Assembly: GCF_004010195.1 (NCBI RefSeq)
Contig: NC_057722.1
Location: forward strand, 5,726,571-5,779,487
Direction: 5' to 3'
Source: Chiloscyllium plagiosum
Taxonomy: Eukaryota
DNA: 52,917 nucleotides
A program made the translations under genes and the position numbers. The notes beneath the pieces were generated by a model. It made no database searches. It was not told the origin of the DNA and was given only the letters and a program-made list of their open reading frames with translations. Positions 37,672 through 50,280 of the stretch are shown here, piece after piece (within the stretch, counting starts at the first letter, position 1; each line of letters starts with the position of its first letter).

Positions 37672-37977
37672 AGAGGAGGGAGGGACTCTGCATTTTTATA
37701 AATGTTTCTTTCTTTTTAAGTGTTGCCATTTTCATAGTGCGGTGTACGCTGTTATGATTTAGATTTCCAATAAAATAGGTTTCAGAATCTTCAATGATGT
37801 TGTCAATAAGATGACTGTGGGCCCTCGCCCACCCAAGCACCAGAGGCCACTGCCAGCCTCAGTAGCTTTTCCATATGCAATTTTCATTTTAGTTCTTCAC
37901 AACTGACCTAATAAATACTATTTGGGCAATGATACCTATATTATAGAGCACCACACTCATTAATGCATATGGGTGCC

Positions 37978-38153
37978 ATGACCAATACTGCTAAGTCTAT
38001 GACCATAATGACAGATGACCAACTGGCATCAGGCGCCCTGACTAGCATTACCAGTGCTATGACCAGTATTACTCATGAATTATATAACAGTGCACAACAT
38101 ATCACAGCAGGCTGGTTTCACACTAATGCCAGTTCCTGGGTTTTCCTTCTGGG
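37978..38153. repeat. Putative right transposon end: ATGACCARTA-like subterminal repeats plus terminal inverted repeat
   Basis: Repeat units at 37978, 37999, 38015, 38038 and 38059. CTGGGTTTTCCTTCTGGG (38136-38153) is a 16/18 inverted match to 28651-28668. Confidence 0.5.
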
Positions 38154-38537
38154 AGCCAATGTTTTTGTCTCCTGTAGAGAAGCTGATGTGATTTGATGTG
38201 GTTCCTCTAAAACGTGCCGCATTGAATGCGGAACTTGATTTACCCAGTCGAGTGAAGCTGTGGGTGTGCACAGCACAACTTGGCAGACCAGGTGATGGAT
38301 GGTCACTTTTTTCTATTTAAGTGGCAGAGCTACTTATGCTTTCAATTACTGCATTTCCCACATTATCCTGCCTTTGAACTAAAGCTCTCAGAAGCAGTGG
38401 CAGGAAGATCCGGGAGCTAGGTGAAAGAATACAATTGAAACTGCCCTCACGGATTCCTGGTGTTCCCCACGTCATCTGTCAGCAATGGTTGCCCTGCACA
38501 GTAAACATTTCCACGTACAGATCCTTCTGAAAATCAG

Positions 38538-40192
38538 TTGATTACCTGCTCCACCAGGGGCCCGAACATTTTAGACCACTGGTACACCACTCTGATGGAT
38601 GCCTACCGCTCCATCCCCCGCCCTCATTTCGGGAACTCCGACCACAATGCCGTGTTTTTACTCTCGGCTTACAGGCAAAAGCTCAAGCCGGAGAACCGCC
38701 CCTCGTGGATACAGGTCCAGTGCTGGTCGGAGGAGGCAGAGGATCAACTCCGGTGCTGTCTGGAATTGGCTGATTGGGCCGTGTTCAAATAGTCCGCAGG
38801 TACCTTGGACAAGTACGCCACCACTGTCACAGACTTTATCAGCAAGTGTGTGGAGGACTATATACCGAGGAAGTCAATCCGGGTGTTCCCCAACAGGAAA
38901 CCCCGGATGAATAAGGACATACAGAACCTGCTAAAAACCAGGCATGAGGCCTTCAGATCAGGAGACCCACTCAAATATAAGGAATCCAAGAATGACCTTA
39001 CCAGAGCCATTAAGACAGCCAAGGACCATACCGATCTAGAGACCCAGACAGACACCCGGTGACTATGGCAAGGACTGAATGACATCACAGGTTCTAAAAG
39101 GAGACAGTGCAAGATAGGAGACGATGACACATCCCTCCCAGACCGTCTCTTCTATGCTCGCTTTGAGCAGCATTTCGGCGGAGAGGTAACACCTATTCCG
39201 ACAAGCCCTGATGAACCTATCCCAACAGTCACTGCATCAGAGGTCAGATCAGTTTTCCTTCGTGTGAATCCAAGGAAAGTGATGGGACCAGGCAGAGTAC
39301 AAGGCCATGCAGTCAGGGCATGTGCAGATCAACTGACAGAGATCTTCTAGGANNNNNNNNNNNNNNNNNNNNNNNNNNNNNNNNNNNNNNNNNNNNNNNN
39401 NNNNNNNNNNNNNNNNNNNNNNNNNNNNNNNNNNNNNNNNNNNNNNNNNNNNNNNNNNNNNNNNNNNNNNNNNNNNNNNNNNNNNNNNNNNNNNNNNNNN
39501 NNNNNNNNNNNNNNNNNNNNNNNNNNNNNNNNNNNNNNNNNNNNNNNNNNNNNNNNNNNNNNNNNNNNNNNNNNNNNNNNNNNNNNNNNNNNNNNNNNNN
39601 NNNNNNNNNNNNNNNNNNNNNNNNNNNNNNNNNNNNNNNNNNNNNNNNNNNNNNNNNNNNNNNNNNNNNNNNNNNNNNNNNNNNNNNNNNNNNNNNNNNN
39701 NNNNNNNNNNNNNNNNNNNNNNNNNNNNNNNNNNNNNNNNNNNNNNNNNNNNNNNNNNNNNNNNNNNNNNNNNNNNNNNNNNNNNNNNNNNNNNNNNNNN
39801 NNNNNNNNNNNNNNNNNNNNNNNNNNNNNNNNNNNNNNNNNNNNNNNNNNNNATCCATCTCCAGCCCTGCTGTCAAGGAAAGGCCACCAGCATTCTCAAA
39901 GATCCATCCCACCTTGGCAAAGTTTTTCTACAACCTCTACCATCAGGGAGAAGGTACAGAAGCCTGAACACACGCACCAGCCGGTTTCAAAACAGTTTCT
40001 ACCCTACTGTTGTTAGAATACTGAATGGACTCACATACTCTTAATATTCGCCTGTACCTGTGTTTTTGTTTTTGCCGCTGTGTACCTATTATTCACTTAT
40101 CTATGCTACTTAACTCTGTAATCTGCCTGTATTGCTCGCAAGACAAAGCTTTTCACTGTGCCTTGGTACACGTGACAATAAATTCAATCCAA
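38538..40192 (+). mobile_element. Rex1/Babar-like LINE fragment spanning the assembly gap
   Basis: TRGPNILDHWYT..PRPHFGNSDH (APE end), VFPNRKPRM; 3' end GCTTTTCACTGT..CACGTGACAATAAA. Confidence 0.8.
39353..39852. other. Assembly gap (500 N)
   Basis: Run of N. Confidence 1.
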
Positions 40193-40334
40193 CTGTTTGG
40201 TACGAGGTAAGGTGAGGAGAAAGGGTGTGGGAGAGGCCAATGAAACCAGAAAAGGGGTGGGAAGGGACAAAAGGGAAAACATGGCTAAGTGTAGCACATC
40301 TGAAATTAGAGCTGGGACCACCAGCAAAACACTT

Positions 40335-41075
40335 TGGGCCTGTTACTGGAAATAGCCACTGCTTGCAAAACAACCTATTCAACCTCAATCTAGTCTACTG
40401 CATTTGCTGCTCACAATGTGGTCCCCTTTACATTTGGGGTAACTCTCAATGTGGTCTCCTTTACATTTGGGGTAACAAAGCATGGACTGTCCCGCAAAAA
40501 GACTGTGTGCTTCCAATGCCTGCTACTTCAACACACCACTGTGTGCCCTGGCCAACATCTCTGTCTCAGGCTTGCTGCAGTGCTCAAGAAAAGCTAAGCG
40601 TAAGCTGAAGAACAGCACCTCATTTTCCGCTTGGGAAATCTATAGCCTTCTAAACTCAATATCGAGTTCAATAATTTTTGGGCTTCAGGCACCTCCCCCC
40701 CCGCCCGCCATCCAGCAGGCCTTGTTATCATGTGGTCTGCTATTACATATATTACCCATTGTTAGCCACTAATTGACCCCATTAATAGCTATCCATTCTC
40801 CCAGGCTGATTGTTAACCACTTTATTGTTTGTCCAATTATTCCTCTCTCTCATTGGACTCCATCTCCTTCTATTGTTTACTCCTTCTACCCTCCCTCCAC
40901 GCAATCTTCTGCATAAAAAAAACTTTTTCCTCGCTACCATCAGTTCTGAGGAAGAGTCACTGGACTGAAATGTTATCTCTGATTTCTCTCCACAGATCCT
41001 GCCAGACCTGCTGAGCTTTTCTGGCAATTTTTGTTTCTAATTTCGAGCTTCCGCAGTTTTTTTGGTTTTTATTTG
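40335..41075 (+). mobile_element. Penelope-like 3' fragment (GIY-YIG + pLTR)
   Basis: NLVYCICCSQCGPLYI; degenerate hammerhead CTGAGGAAGAGTCACTGGACTGAAA at ~40946. Confidence 0.7.
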
Positions 41076-41466
41076 ACTTACTTAACCTGTTGTTCAAACA
41101 TGTTGCCGTCAGTTCAAAAGGACCTTCTGTCCACCACACATTCAGCAATGTTGTTATCAATTTCAGTGCTAGGGCTATGCCAGATACAAAGACCAATTGG
41201 CTGATCAGATCAATAACGTGTTCCTTTGGCTATTTCTAACAACTTACAGCCTATACGTGCAAACTTCAAAACTAAACATCTACTGTTTGATGTGAGTCCA
41301 CAGTTGGGCAACACTTGCTGAGCAATCCCAAGTGTGCTAATAGAGTCATAGAGATGTACAGCACAGAAACAGACCCTTTGGTACAACCCATCCATGCCCA
41401 CCAGATATCCCAACCCAATTTAGTCAGTCAAGCTCATTATGTGGCCAAATGTGGCAAGCATCATTC

Positions 41467-41494
41467 CTGACGAAGGGCTTTTGCCCGAAACGTC
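41467..41494 (+). ncRNA. Minimal type I hammerhead ribozyme motif
   Basis: CTGACGA-A-GGGC-TTTT-GCCC-GAAAC-GTC. Confidence 0.65.
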
Positions 41495-42269
41495 AATTTT
41501 CCTGCTCCTCAGATGCTGCCTGACCTGCTGTGCTTTTCAAACCCCACTCTAATCTAGACTTCAGCCACAAGAACCTTTTCTCTGCAAAAAAAAAGAACAT
41601 GTTCAAGCCTTGCCCTGTTTTTGAATTACCCAGGAGGTTGAGACATCTATAGTTCCAGTTGCATTCTCCAAGGCAATCCTTTGGCCAATGAGAGTTGACT
41701 TGCTGATCATTCAGTATCCATTTCTCCTGTAGTACCAAATTGTGTTGACTGTTTGATAGTTAGCATTTGTGCACTTGTCCTAATGGGTGTAAATTTAAAG
41801 ACTTGGACAACTCGTCTGTCTTTTCAACAACATGTAATCAAACTAACTGAGTGGGTAACATTGTGACAGATGGAATGGAATATGGATACGATTAAGGGTG
41901 TCTATTGATACTCCTGCAAGTGGCTTCTTGCCTTTGTCATTTCTCACTGCTACCCAAACTATTTCTATATCTCAGTTGCCTGAACCTAATTCTTACCTCT
42001 CTATTGTAGTAATACCATCATTGACTAACAGAGCCACCCTCCACCTTTTCTTAGCTTTCTGTGTTGCCTAAATATGCTGCACCCTTCAATGTTTGGGTCC
42101 CAATCCATGTCATATAGTTAAGTCTCTGTAAAGGCTATGAGGTCATAACTATTTCTATTTGCATTCTCAGTTTATTGGTTTGAAAGCAGTGTGCATTCGG
42201 GTACTAAGCCCTTAGTTTTTATTTATTTTTCTACTGATTATTATTTTTGTTGTTTTTTTTTCTCTCTTT

Positions 42270-42590
42270 AACAGGATTTAACACAACATTTATTGCCCAT
42301 CCCTAATGGCCCAGAGGGCAATTCAGCGTCAACCACTTTGTTGTGGGTCTGGAGTCACATGTAGGCCAGACCAGGTATGGATGGCAGTTTCCTTCCCTAA
42401 AGGACTTTAGTGACCCAGAAGGGTTTTTACAACAATTGACAATGGATTTATAGTAGTCATTAGATTCTTAATTCTGGATATTTATTGAATTCAAATTCTA
42501 CCTTTAGCCATGGATTTGAACCCAGGTCCCCAGAACATTACCTGGGTCTCTGGATTAACAGTCCAGTGATAATACAACCTAGGCCATTGT
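42270..42590 (-). mobile_element. tRNA-derived SINE (second shark family)
   Basis: Minus-strand B box GGTTCAAATCC at ~42512; a partial second copy at ~9825-9970. Confidence 0.6.
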
Positions 42591-43530
42591 ATCCTCAGGC
42601 AACAATATAATTTACTCTCATATTTATACTTTCCATTCCTTCCTTTCATGGTTTATCATTTTCTGTACTTTTCCTGATATCTACTTCACTCTACTTTTTG
42701 ATTTCCACACCGTCCCACAGTAGAATACTAGCTTCTGTGTTTTGCATACAATCCTCTCCACTTCTCCCATCATTTGATTTGCTAGAGTATAGGTCCTAGC
42801 ATGACTCAAGCTTCCCAATCCCAAACCCCTGACCCTAACACCAATTTACTCCAACTCCACCACCAATCAGCATATTATCCACCATTTCCCAGCTGGTTTC
42901 CATTCTGACGAAGAGGCATTGAACTCAAAACATTAACTCTGCGTTTCTCTCCACAAATACTGCCAGATATGCTGAGTTTCTCCAGATCTTTCTGTATTTG
43001 TTTCTGACCTCCAGCATCAGCAGTTCCATGTGTTCTTTTATTGCGCAAGTGTAGATCATTCTAATGGTCCATATCCCATTCCCCAGTTCTGGTATTTCAG
43101 TGTGTAAGCGACACATTTATTTCTCTAGTCTTATTTTCCCTTTGCCAATTTGCACATGGCTCAGATAACTATCCAAAGATTACTACTTTTGACGTTCTAA
43201 TTAATTTAGTGGCTTGCTTCTCATTACTAACTATGTAGACCTTTCTCCTTGTCCTGTTGTGCCACCGGTACTTATATGGACCATCCCATTGCAAGTTCCT
43301 CTCCAGCCCTGAACAGGTGCCCCAAACTCTGGCTTTGGGCAGGCAACACAGTCAGGTGGAGTCAGCCTCTTTTCTGCAAAGAACAGTGTCAATCTTCCTC
43401 ACTACACTGTCATTATATTCCTATTCACTCCTCTGCCCTCCCTATGCCCCATTTGAATAGCTTCCTGGACCATGGTGCCATGGCCAGTTTGCTCATTTAC
43501 CCTGTAGACCTCATCTTCATCCAAATAAGA

Positions 43531-43873
43531 ATAATAGAATCCCTACAGTGTTGAAGCAGGTGATTTGGTCCATCGGGTCCTCATCGACCCTCTGAAGAGC
43601 ATCCCACCCCACCCACTCTTCTGACGTATCTCTGTAACTCTGCATTTCCCATGGCTAATCCACCTAGTCTGTACATCCCTGGACACAATGGGCAATTTAG
43701 GACAGCCAATCCACCTAACCTGCACATCTTTGGACTGAGGGAGGAAACTGGAGTACCCAGGTGGAAACCCACACAAACTCAGGGAGAATGTGCAAACTCC
43801 ACACAGACAGTTGGCTGAGGGTGGAATTGAACCTGGGTCTCTGGTGCTGTAAGGCAGCAGTGCTAACCACTGA
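43531..43873 (-). mobile_element. HE1-type V-SINE (older copy)
   Basis: Same head and V-domain as the other copies. Confidence 0.85.
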
Positions 43874-44299
43874 GATGAAAGAAACTCAAACCTGTTGGTC
43901 TATTGCAAAGACTGCGATTCCTGCACTCCTGCTGCCTGAGCCCCCTGTTCACAGACACTTGAAGAAGAAATCATTCCTTACAAAGAATCATAACGTTTAA
44001 AGAATCATATCATATCTTGCAATGGCCAAGATACTATCATCCCCATCCCTGGATATGTCCTGTCCCATTGACTGGACAAACCCAGCAGATGCGATGGCAC
44101 AATGGTATATGATCGGAAGGAATGTTCTCTCTAAGCTGTGCAACTACTTAAAGAATATAAGAAAATATCTTTTGGCCAGTTTTTCACATTCAATAGATTA
44201 ATACATGCCATGGGTAACAGCTCGCAGTTTAATTTCAGTAGCTAAAGCTGTTTGAGGAATCATCACAATGCCGTAATCGGTTTAAAATTGAATATAGCT

Positions 44300-44530
44300 A
44301 TCATAAAAACCAAAAAGAACTGCGGATGCTGTAAATGAGAGATAAAAATAGAAATTGCTGGAAAAGGTCTGGCAGCATCTGTGGAGAGAGAAATCAGTGT
44401 TAATTTTTGGGTCGAGTGACCCTGCTTAAGAACTAAGGAAGTTCTCGGAGTTCTGAGGATCACTTGACCCGAAATATTAACTCTGATTTCTCTCCACAGC
44501 TGCTGCCAGAGCTGCTGAGCTTTTCCTATC
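44300..44530. mobile_element. Inverted pair of Penelope pLTR fragments (second family)
   Basis: CTGTGGAGAGAGAAATCAG..TTAA versus TTAACTCTGATTTCTCTCCACAG. Confidence 0.6.
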
Positions 44531-45354
44531 AAAAAACATACTCGCTCTTGTTTGAACACACAAAGCTAATGAGGTACTGAAAAAGACATTAAGGAGAAAT
44601 GAAAAGAAGCAAAAAAACTACTGCCACATTACTCTGAAAGATCCCAATCTGATTTGATCTGGAAAACCAAACAGTGTCAGCCCTCATTAATACTTGGAAT
44701 ACCAGATGCTTTCAGCTTTTTTACTCTGTAACAAAGTGTTAGATGTTCTGCATATTGTCAGTTCTCTCTCTCTCTCTCTCCGAATGGCTACTTTTCTTGT
44801 CACATTTCTTTGCTACTGGCTCTCCTGCTGAACCATCCTGATAAACAAATCCCATGCCAGACCTCAACCTCGGGACTGATGCTGGATCCCAGATATTTCC
44901 AAATTTCAGATCGGGGAGTTTAGGCTGTGGGTGGTTCAGGTGAATCTAAGTTGGAGTCAAGAGTTGCTTGAAGTGCAGGACAGAGTGGTGTGTGAAGCCA
45001 GTAACTAGACTGAACCCTCACTGCTCTAAAGTACCATCTAAAGACTTGTCAAGGAAATGTTTTATTTAATTTTAATCAAATAAGGAAGATTATAAAATCG
45101 TCCGGTTTTCAAACGGTTCTTAAGTAACCAATGTTGAAGTATTCTATCTGAAAGTGTAAAACCTTTTTCTTGATAGTTTGTTTAGTTAATTAATGAAGCG
45201 TTACAAATGTTGACCTTCTCTCAACTCCCTCAGTGTTCTATCAACTCCTCTCTATACAATTCTGAGTCAAATTTATTTGCAGATACATTCTAATGTATTC
45301 AAAAAGCACACAATCTGTAGGAAGTCAGTCAATATGACTTTTTATAAATTCCTA

Positions 45355-45745
45355 CTTTGGAAATAGAACCAGTCTGACTTAAGATTCGGATACAGACAGA
45401 ATCTAACCTCGAGCTGAGATGTCACCTTTGTTTGTACTGATAAAACTTTAAGTTATCTCGGGACTGTGACGTGTAACAAGTTCTGGGATTTATATATTAA
45501 TGAATGGAAACCTGCATCCCCTTCTAAGTGATTAAAGACTTAATAGCAATCTAGGTTTGTTCAATACATCGCATCAGCTGTATGACACTATGATCTTTTA
45601 CTATAAAGTCTGATCCTCCCCCACTAGCTACCCGATGAAGGAGCAGCACTCCGAAAGATGGTACTTTCAAATAAACCTGTTGGACTATTACCTGGTATTG
45701 TGTGATTTTTAATTTTGTCAACCCCAGTTCAAAACCAGCACCTCA
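45355..45745 (+). mobile_element. Penelope-like pLTR (third family)
   Basis: CCGATGAAGGAGCAGCACTCCGAAAG followed by AATAAACCTGTTGGACT. Confidence 0.55.
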
Positions 45746-45819
45746 TCATGGCTACCATTGATACTTAAAAGTACTTAATGAGACAATACCCTTCATTGGT
45801 GTGTCTTAACAACTATTTT

Positions 45820-46126
45820 TTTAGATTAGATTCCCTACAGTGTGGAAACAGGCCCTTCGGCCCAACAAGTCCACACCAACCCTCCAAAGAGTAACTCACC
45901 CAGACCCATTTCTCTCTGACTAATGCACCTAACACTGTGGACAATTTTGCATGGCCAATTCACCTGATCTGCACATCTTTGGATTGTAGGAGGAAACCGG
46001 AGCACCCGGAGGAAACCCATGCAGACACGGGGAGAATGTGCAAACTCCACACAGACAGTCACCTGAGGCGGGAATCGAACCTGGTCCCCGGTGCTGTGAG
46101 GCAGCAGTGCTAACTACTAAGCCACC
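45820..46126 (-). mobile_element. HE1-type V-SINE
   Basis: Near-identical to 13614-13913. Confidence 0.9.
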
Positions 46127-46695
46127 ATTAATGCCATTAATGACTTGTTGCTTAATTAATTACAACTGTGGTCTCATGTTAAGACCTACCACTTCAAGGA
46201 TTTTGAGGACTTCTTATCCTTGGTCTTCTTTTTTGAATCAGGCTCTCTCTTATTTTTAAATTTATACTTGCGTTTGTGTTCGATACTGCTTTTCTTTATT
46301 TTCATGGAGTTTGTAAACAACATCATTCTTATCTTTCACATGAGAAAACCTTGTAACTAACTCCTTAATCTGAAGTACTATTATGCTTTAATGAAGTGTG
46401 ATATAGCTACATGCCATAAAGAATTAAAATCTTTGTTACGGTCAACTGTGAAGCTTAAAAAGAGGGGAATGATTCACCCCTTCTTACCTGGTTGTATGCC
46501 TTAACAGAGTTACAAAGGGCATAGATACTATACCTAACCTCGGACAGTGGCACTATTGACACTGACTGCAAATAGTTCAATCTTGGCAGTAACATTTTAA
46601 TTCTGAATAATAAAAACATTCCCCCAAAATATCATGAAATTAACTGACTAACTTATCTATTAAATTAAATTTAATACATTTTGCTTATTATGGCA

Positions 46696-49600
46696 TGTTG
46701 TGACTGAATTGGGCAAAGATGAGTTGAATTCTTGTGGGCAGGCTTAAGTCTATTTTTAAGAAGTTGACTATTGTGTACTTGTGTATGTTGGACTGTCACT
46801 TTAAGGGTCCAATCATGTGACATAATAAGAGGTCATTGGCAATTTTGAGTGGCCATTTGGCAAACTTGCCCATCTGTGGAGTGAGTAACTTTGGAATAAA
46901 GATCCTTCTGTTAAAGACTTCCGTCAGTTTGGGAATGTAATACAAGAAGTGGTGACAAAGATAAAAATTATTTAAGAAATCCTCCTGGTCAATCCATTAA
47001 ATCATCAACTAGAAATTCACAATCCTTCATCCAAGAGGTGAAAGGTGCAGAAGAAACTTGCCACGGTGCTCCATTCTAAAAGAACACTGTGAGATACAAG
47101 TATCCTAGCCTGAGGGAAGTGTTTTGAGCTAGGCGTGTAGATTTTTTTTTGTGGGACATCATATCCTTCCCATTTAAAAAGACAATGGCAGGAAAGTTCA
47201 GTGCCAGAATACAATATCATGAAAATACAAAGATGTGTAAGTCCTTCACAGAGAGACTCTCTTAATTTGTTCAAGCCAAGAAAATTGAAGCAGATACAGT
47301 GCCTGCACATTAATGGGGTGGGGTGGGGGATGTTTAACCTTCTGAGGAGTCTGGTATAACCAGAGAAGAAGGGCTTTCCTGAAGAAGGGCTAATGCCCGA
47401 AACGTTGATTCTCCTGTTCCCTAGATGCTGCCTGACCTGCTGCGCTTCTCCAGCAACACATTTCCATCTCTGATCTCCAGCATCTGTAGACCTCATTTTC
47501 TCTATAACCAGAGAAGTCAGGTTCCAAAACTTGGATGAAGTTGTCAGAATCCTACAGAATAATTTTTCACCAAAACCATTGGTGAAAGGTTCAGATTCCC
47601 CAAATGCTGCCAGCATGATGGTGAATCTAACTCCTAGTTTGTAGCAACTTTAAAGAAATTAGCAGACACACAATGCTGGTCTAATGTATGAAACAATCCA
47701 GAAAAGATTACTGATGGAAAGGGACCTGCAGTTAAAGAAAGCACCAGAAATAGCAATCTTGGTGGAGCTAGCAACCAAGGAAGCTCAGCAGCTCTGGTAT
47801 GAGAGTTTGCAAAATGGTGGCTGAGAGATGAGTCCAGTACCAATACAGACTCAAAATTACCACTGGTGTGGAAAAGCAGGTCACATAGCAGCGAATTGCT
47901 GGTATAAAGAAGCTAGATGCAGAAACTGTGGCCAAACAGGGCGCACTGAATAGGAAATAAACATGAATAACATACATACTGGGCTGATATAAATTGGTAC
48001 ACATCTGCAGTGATTTTAAGGTTTCTATTAATCTGGTTATATGTACTGAGCAATACCTTTCCCTTTAACCGATGACTTATTATTTGGTGATCAAGCTGGA
48101 GGTCAGCTTTTCAGTAAAATTGACCTTAGTCAAGACTATCTCCATATGAATGTAAATTCTGAGTCACAGAAATATTTGCTGATTGTAAAACATAAAGGAC
48201 TATTCAAATACAAGAGACTTCCATTTGGGATCACCTGCGCTATTCCAACATGACATGGATCAGACTTTAAGTGGATTGGAAGTAGCCCAGTGTTACCTGG
48301 AGAATATTTTAGTCACAGGAAGAAACGAAAAAGACCTTCTCTCATCTGTTAAATGACTATGGCAAGTTTGTCCCAAATCTTGCACCCATTCTCATGCAGT
48401 TGCACAATTTATTATGACAGAACTGGAATTGGAAAGGGGAAGATCAATGTAAAAGGCCTTTAAACAAGCCAAATAAGCTTTATTAAAGTCAAAGTCCTGA
48501 CCCATTTTGACCCAAAGTTACTGTTGCAACGAGCATGTAATGAATGACTATATGGAGAGGGAGCAGATGTTTCTCACATATTAGCCAATGATGAAGAGAA
48601 GCCAATAGCTTTTGCATCAAAATCATTAAACGAAGCAGAAATAGAAAATGCACAGATAGAGAAAGAAGTTCTTGGAATCGTTTTGATATTAGACCATTTC
48701 CAACAATGGCTGCATGGCGGGAATTTACCTACCAAAAGACCACAGATACCTTCTCTAGCTGCCAGCCATATCCAGAGCTGGTTGTTGTTGCAATCAGCTC
48801 ACGTTTATACAATTAAAAACCCAATTTACACGGGTTTTGATGAAGATTCACAGGACTCTAAATGTTAACATTGCTTTCTTCCCAGCGACGCTGCCAGGCT
48901 TGCTGAGTTCCTACAGCAATTTCTGATTTTGTTTCAGACCTCCAGTCTCTGCAGTTCTTTGTTTTATTGCAATTCATGTGGGAATGTTGATGGCCTCTCT
49001 ATGTTACCTTTGCCAAGCAAGTTGACTATAAACAGCCCTAATTTAGACATTTTCTACTTCAAATAAGTAGAGAACACTTTGGTAATGACAGGACAACTTA
49101 GGAAGGACATTAGAAATGGTTGACTATTATCAGAAATGATGGACATGGTACTTTGTGAAAAGATCATAGGAACAATCCCAGATCTGAAGCCATACAATTG
49201 CATGGTGGCTAGAACTATCTATACAAGCAGGATGTCTCCCTTGGGGAATGAGGGTTGTCATTCCACCACAGCAAGGAAACGCGTGATAAATCAACTACAT
49301 GAAGGTGGTTGTGGCATTGTCAAAATGAAAATGATAGCCAGAAGCTATTTTTGGTGGTCAGGGCTTGACTCCAAAACTGAGGAGGAGATGGGAATATGTG
49401 TAAGTTGTGAAAGAGTAAACAACCTAACTGCATTAATACCATGGGAATTCCCATGGGAATAGCCAGCAAGGCCATAGCAAAGAATCTATGTTGATAATAT
49501 CTTTAGAGAAAACCATAAAAAGATGGGGTAGATCTTTGTGAGGTTTGGATCTCCAGAACAACTTGTTAGTGATAATGGACGACAGTTTAAATGACAAGTG

Positions 49601-50280
49601 TTTATCGACTGAAGCTGAATGGAAATCAACATATCCGATCAGCTCCTTATCACTCAGCCACAAATGATTTTGCAAAGGTTTGTTTGTTAAAGGTAATTCA
49701 AGAACAAGATCACTATCCAAAAGATTCAGCTAATCTTTGTTAACATACCGGAACATAACCCACTCACACTTCATTGTTTCGGTATTGCTCATGGTAAATT
49801 GTCAATTTCACATGGCATTTGATCTGCTGAAACCACTCCTGGCAATAGACATTGTTGACAGGAAACAATAGAATCAGGTTTTCCAATGAGAAAACAAGGC
49901 CAAAAGCCACGTTTTCCAAAAAATATCAAGAAGTACTAGCATTATACCATTATTATAGCACAGACTACACTCTCCTACACTGGACAACTGAGACGATGTA
50001 GTATGGAGATGTACAGATCAACTTGGCAATGAGATTAATATGCCAGGGAGAACATTAGTTGAAGATCCACTATTAACTGTGCCAACAGAAACTCAGGTAT
50101 ATCTGAGGACAGAGCAGTAACTGGAATACTGGAATATCTGAGGGACTCAGTACCTTAGTGGAGATTAATGAGGCATTTTGTGAGCCTCTGAACATTCAGT
50201 TGTCTCAGGAAAAGATAACAACAGATGGTGTTCCTAGTATACCTAAAATAACAGGTTAAAGCCAGCAAGAAGAATAAACG
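46696..50280 (+). mobile_element. Decayed Ty3/Gypsy LTR retrotransposon
   Basis: Possible LTR TGTT..AATAAA..ACA followed by a TGGTGAC primer-site-like motif at ~46950. RT KGLFKYKRLPFGI (~48195), RNase H EKPIAFASKSL..AQIEKE, integrase LHEG..KMKMIARSYFWW..CVSC. No 3' LTR seen. Confidence 0.8.
47369..47502 (+). mobile_element. 134-bp hammerhead-bearing Penelope-derived insert with 14-bp target-site duplication
   Basis: TATAACCAGAGAAG at 47355-47368 and 47503-47516. Confidence 0.8.

Noticed and set aside
37978-38070. Spaced short repeats as a CRISPR-like array
   Set aside because: Eukaryotic context, degenerate 10-bp units, no cas genes.
39313-39967. 199- and 215-aa ORFs
   Set aside because: Artefacts of the N gap.
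44580-46506. Possible solo LTR ending ..TTAACA, interrupted by Penelope and HE1
   Set aside because: No second copy, duplication or primer site to support it from this window alone.
47017-47616. 199-aa minus-strand ORF
   Set aside because: Chimeric read-through of a Penelope insert and antisense Gypsy sequence.
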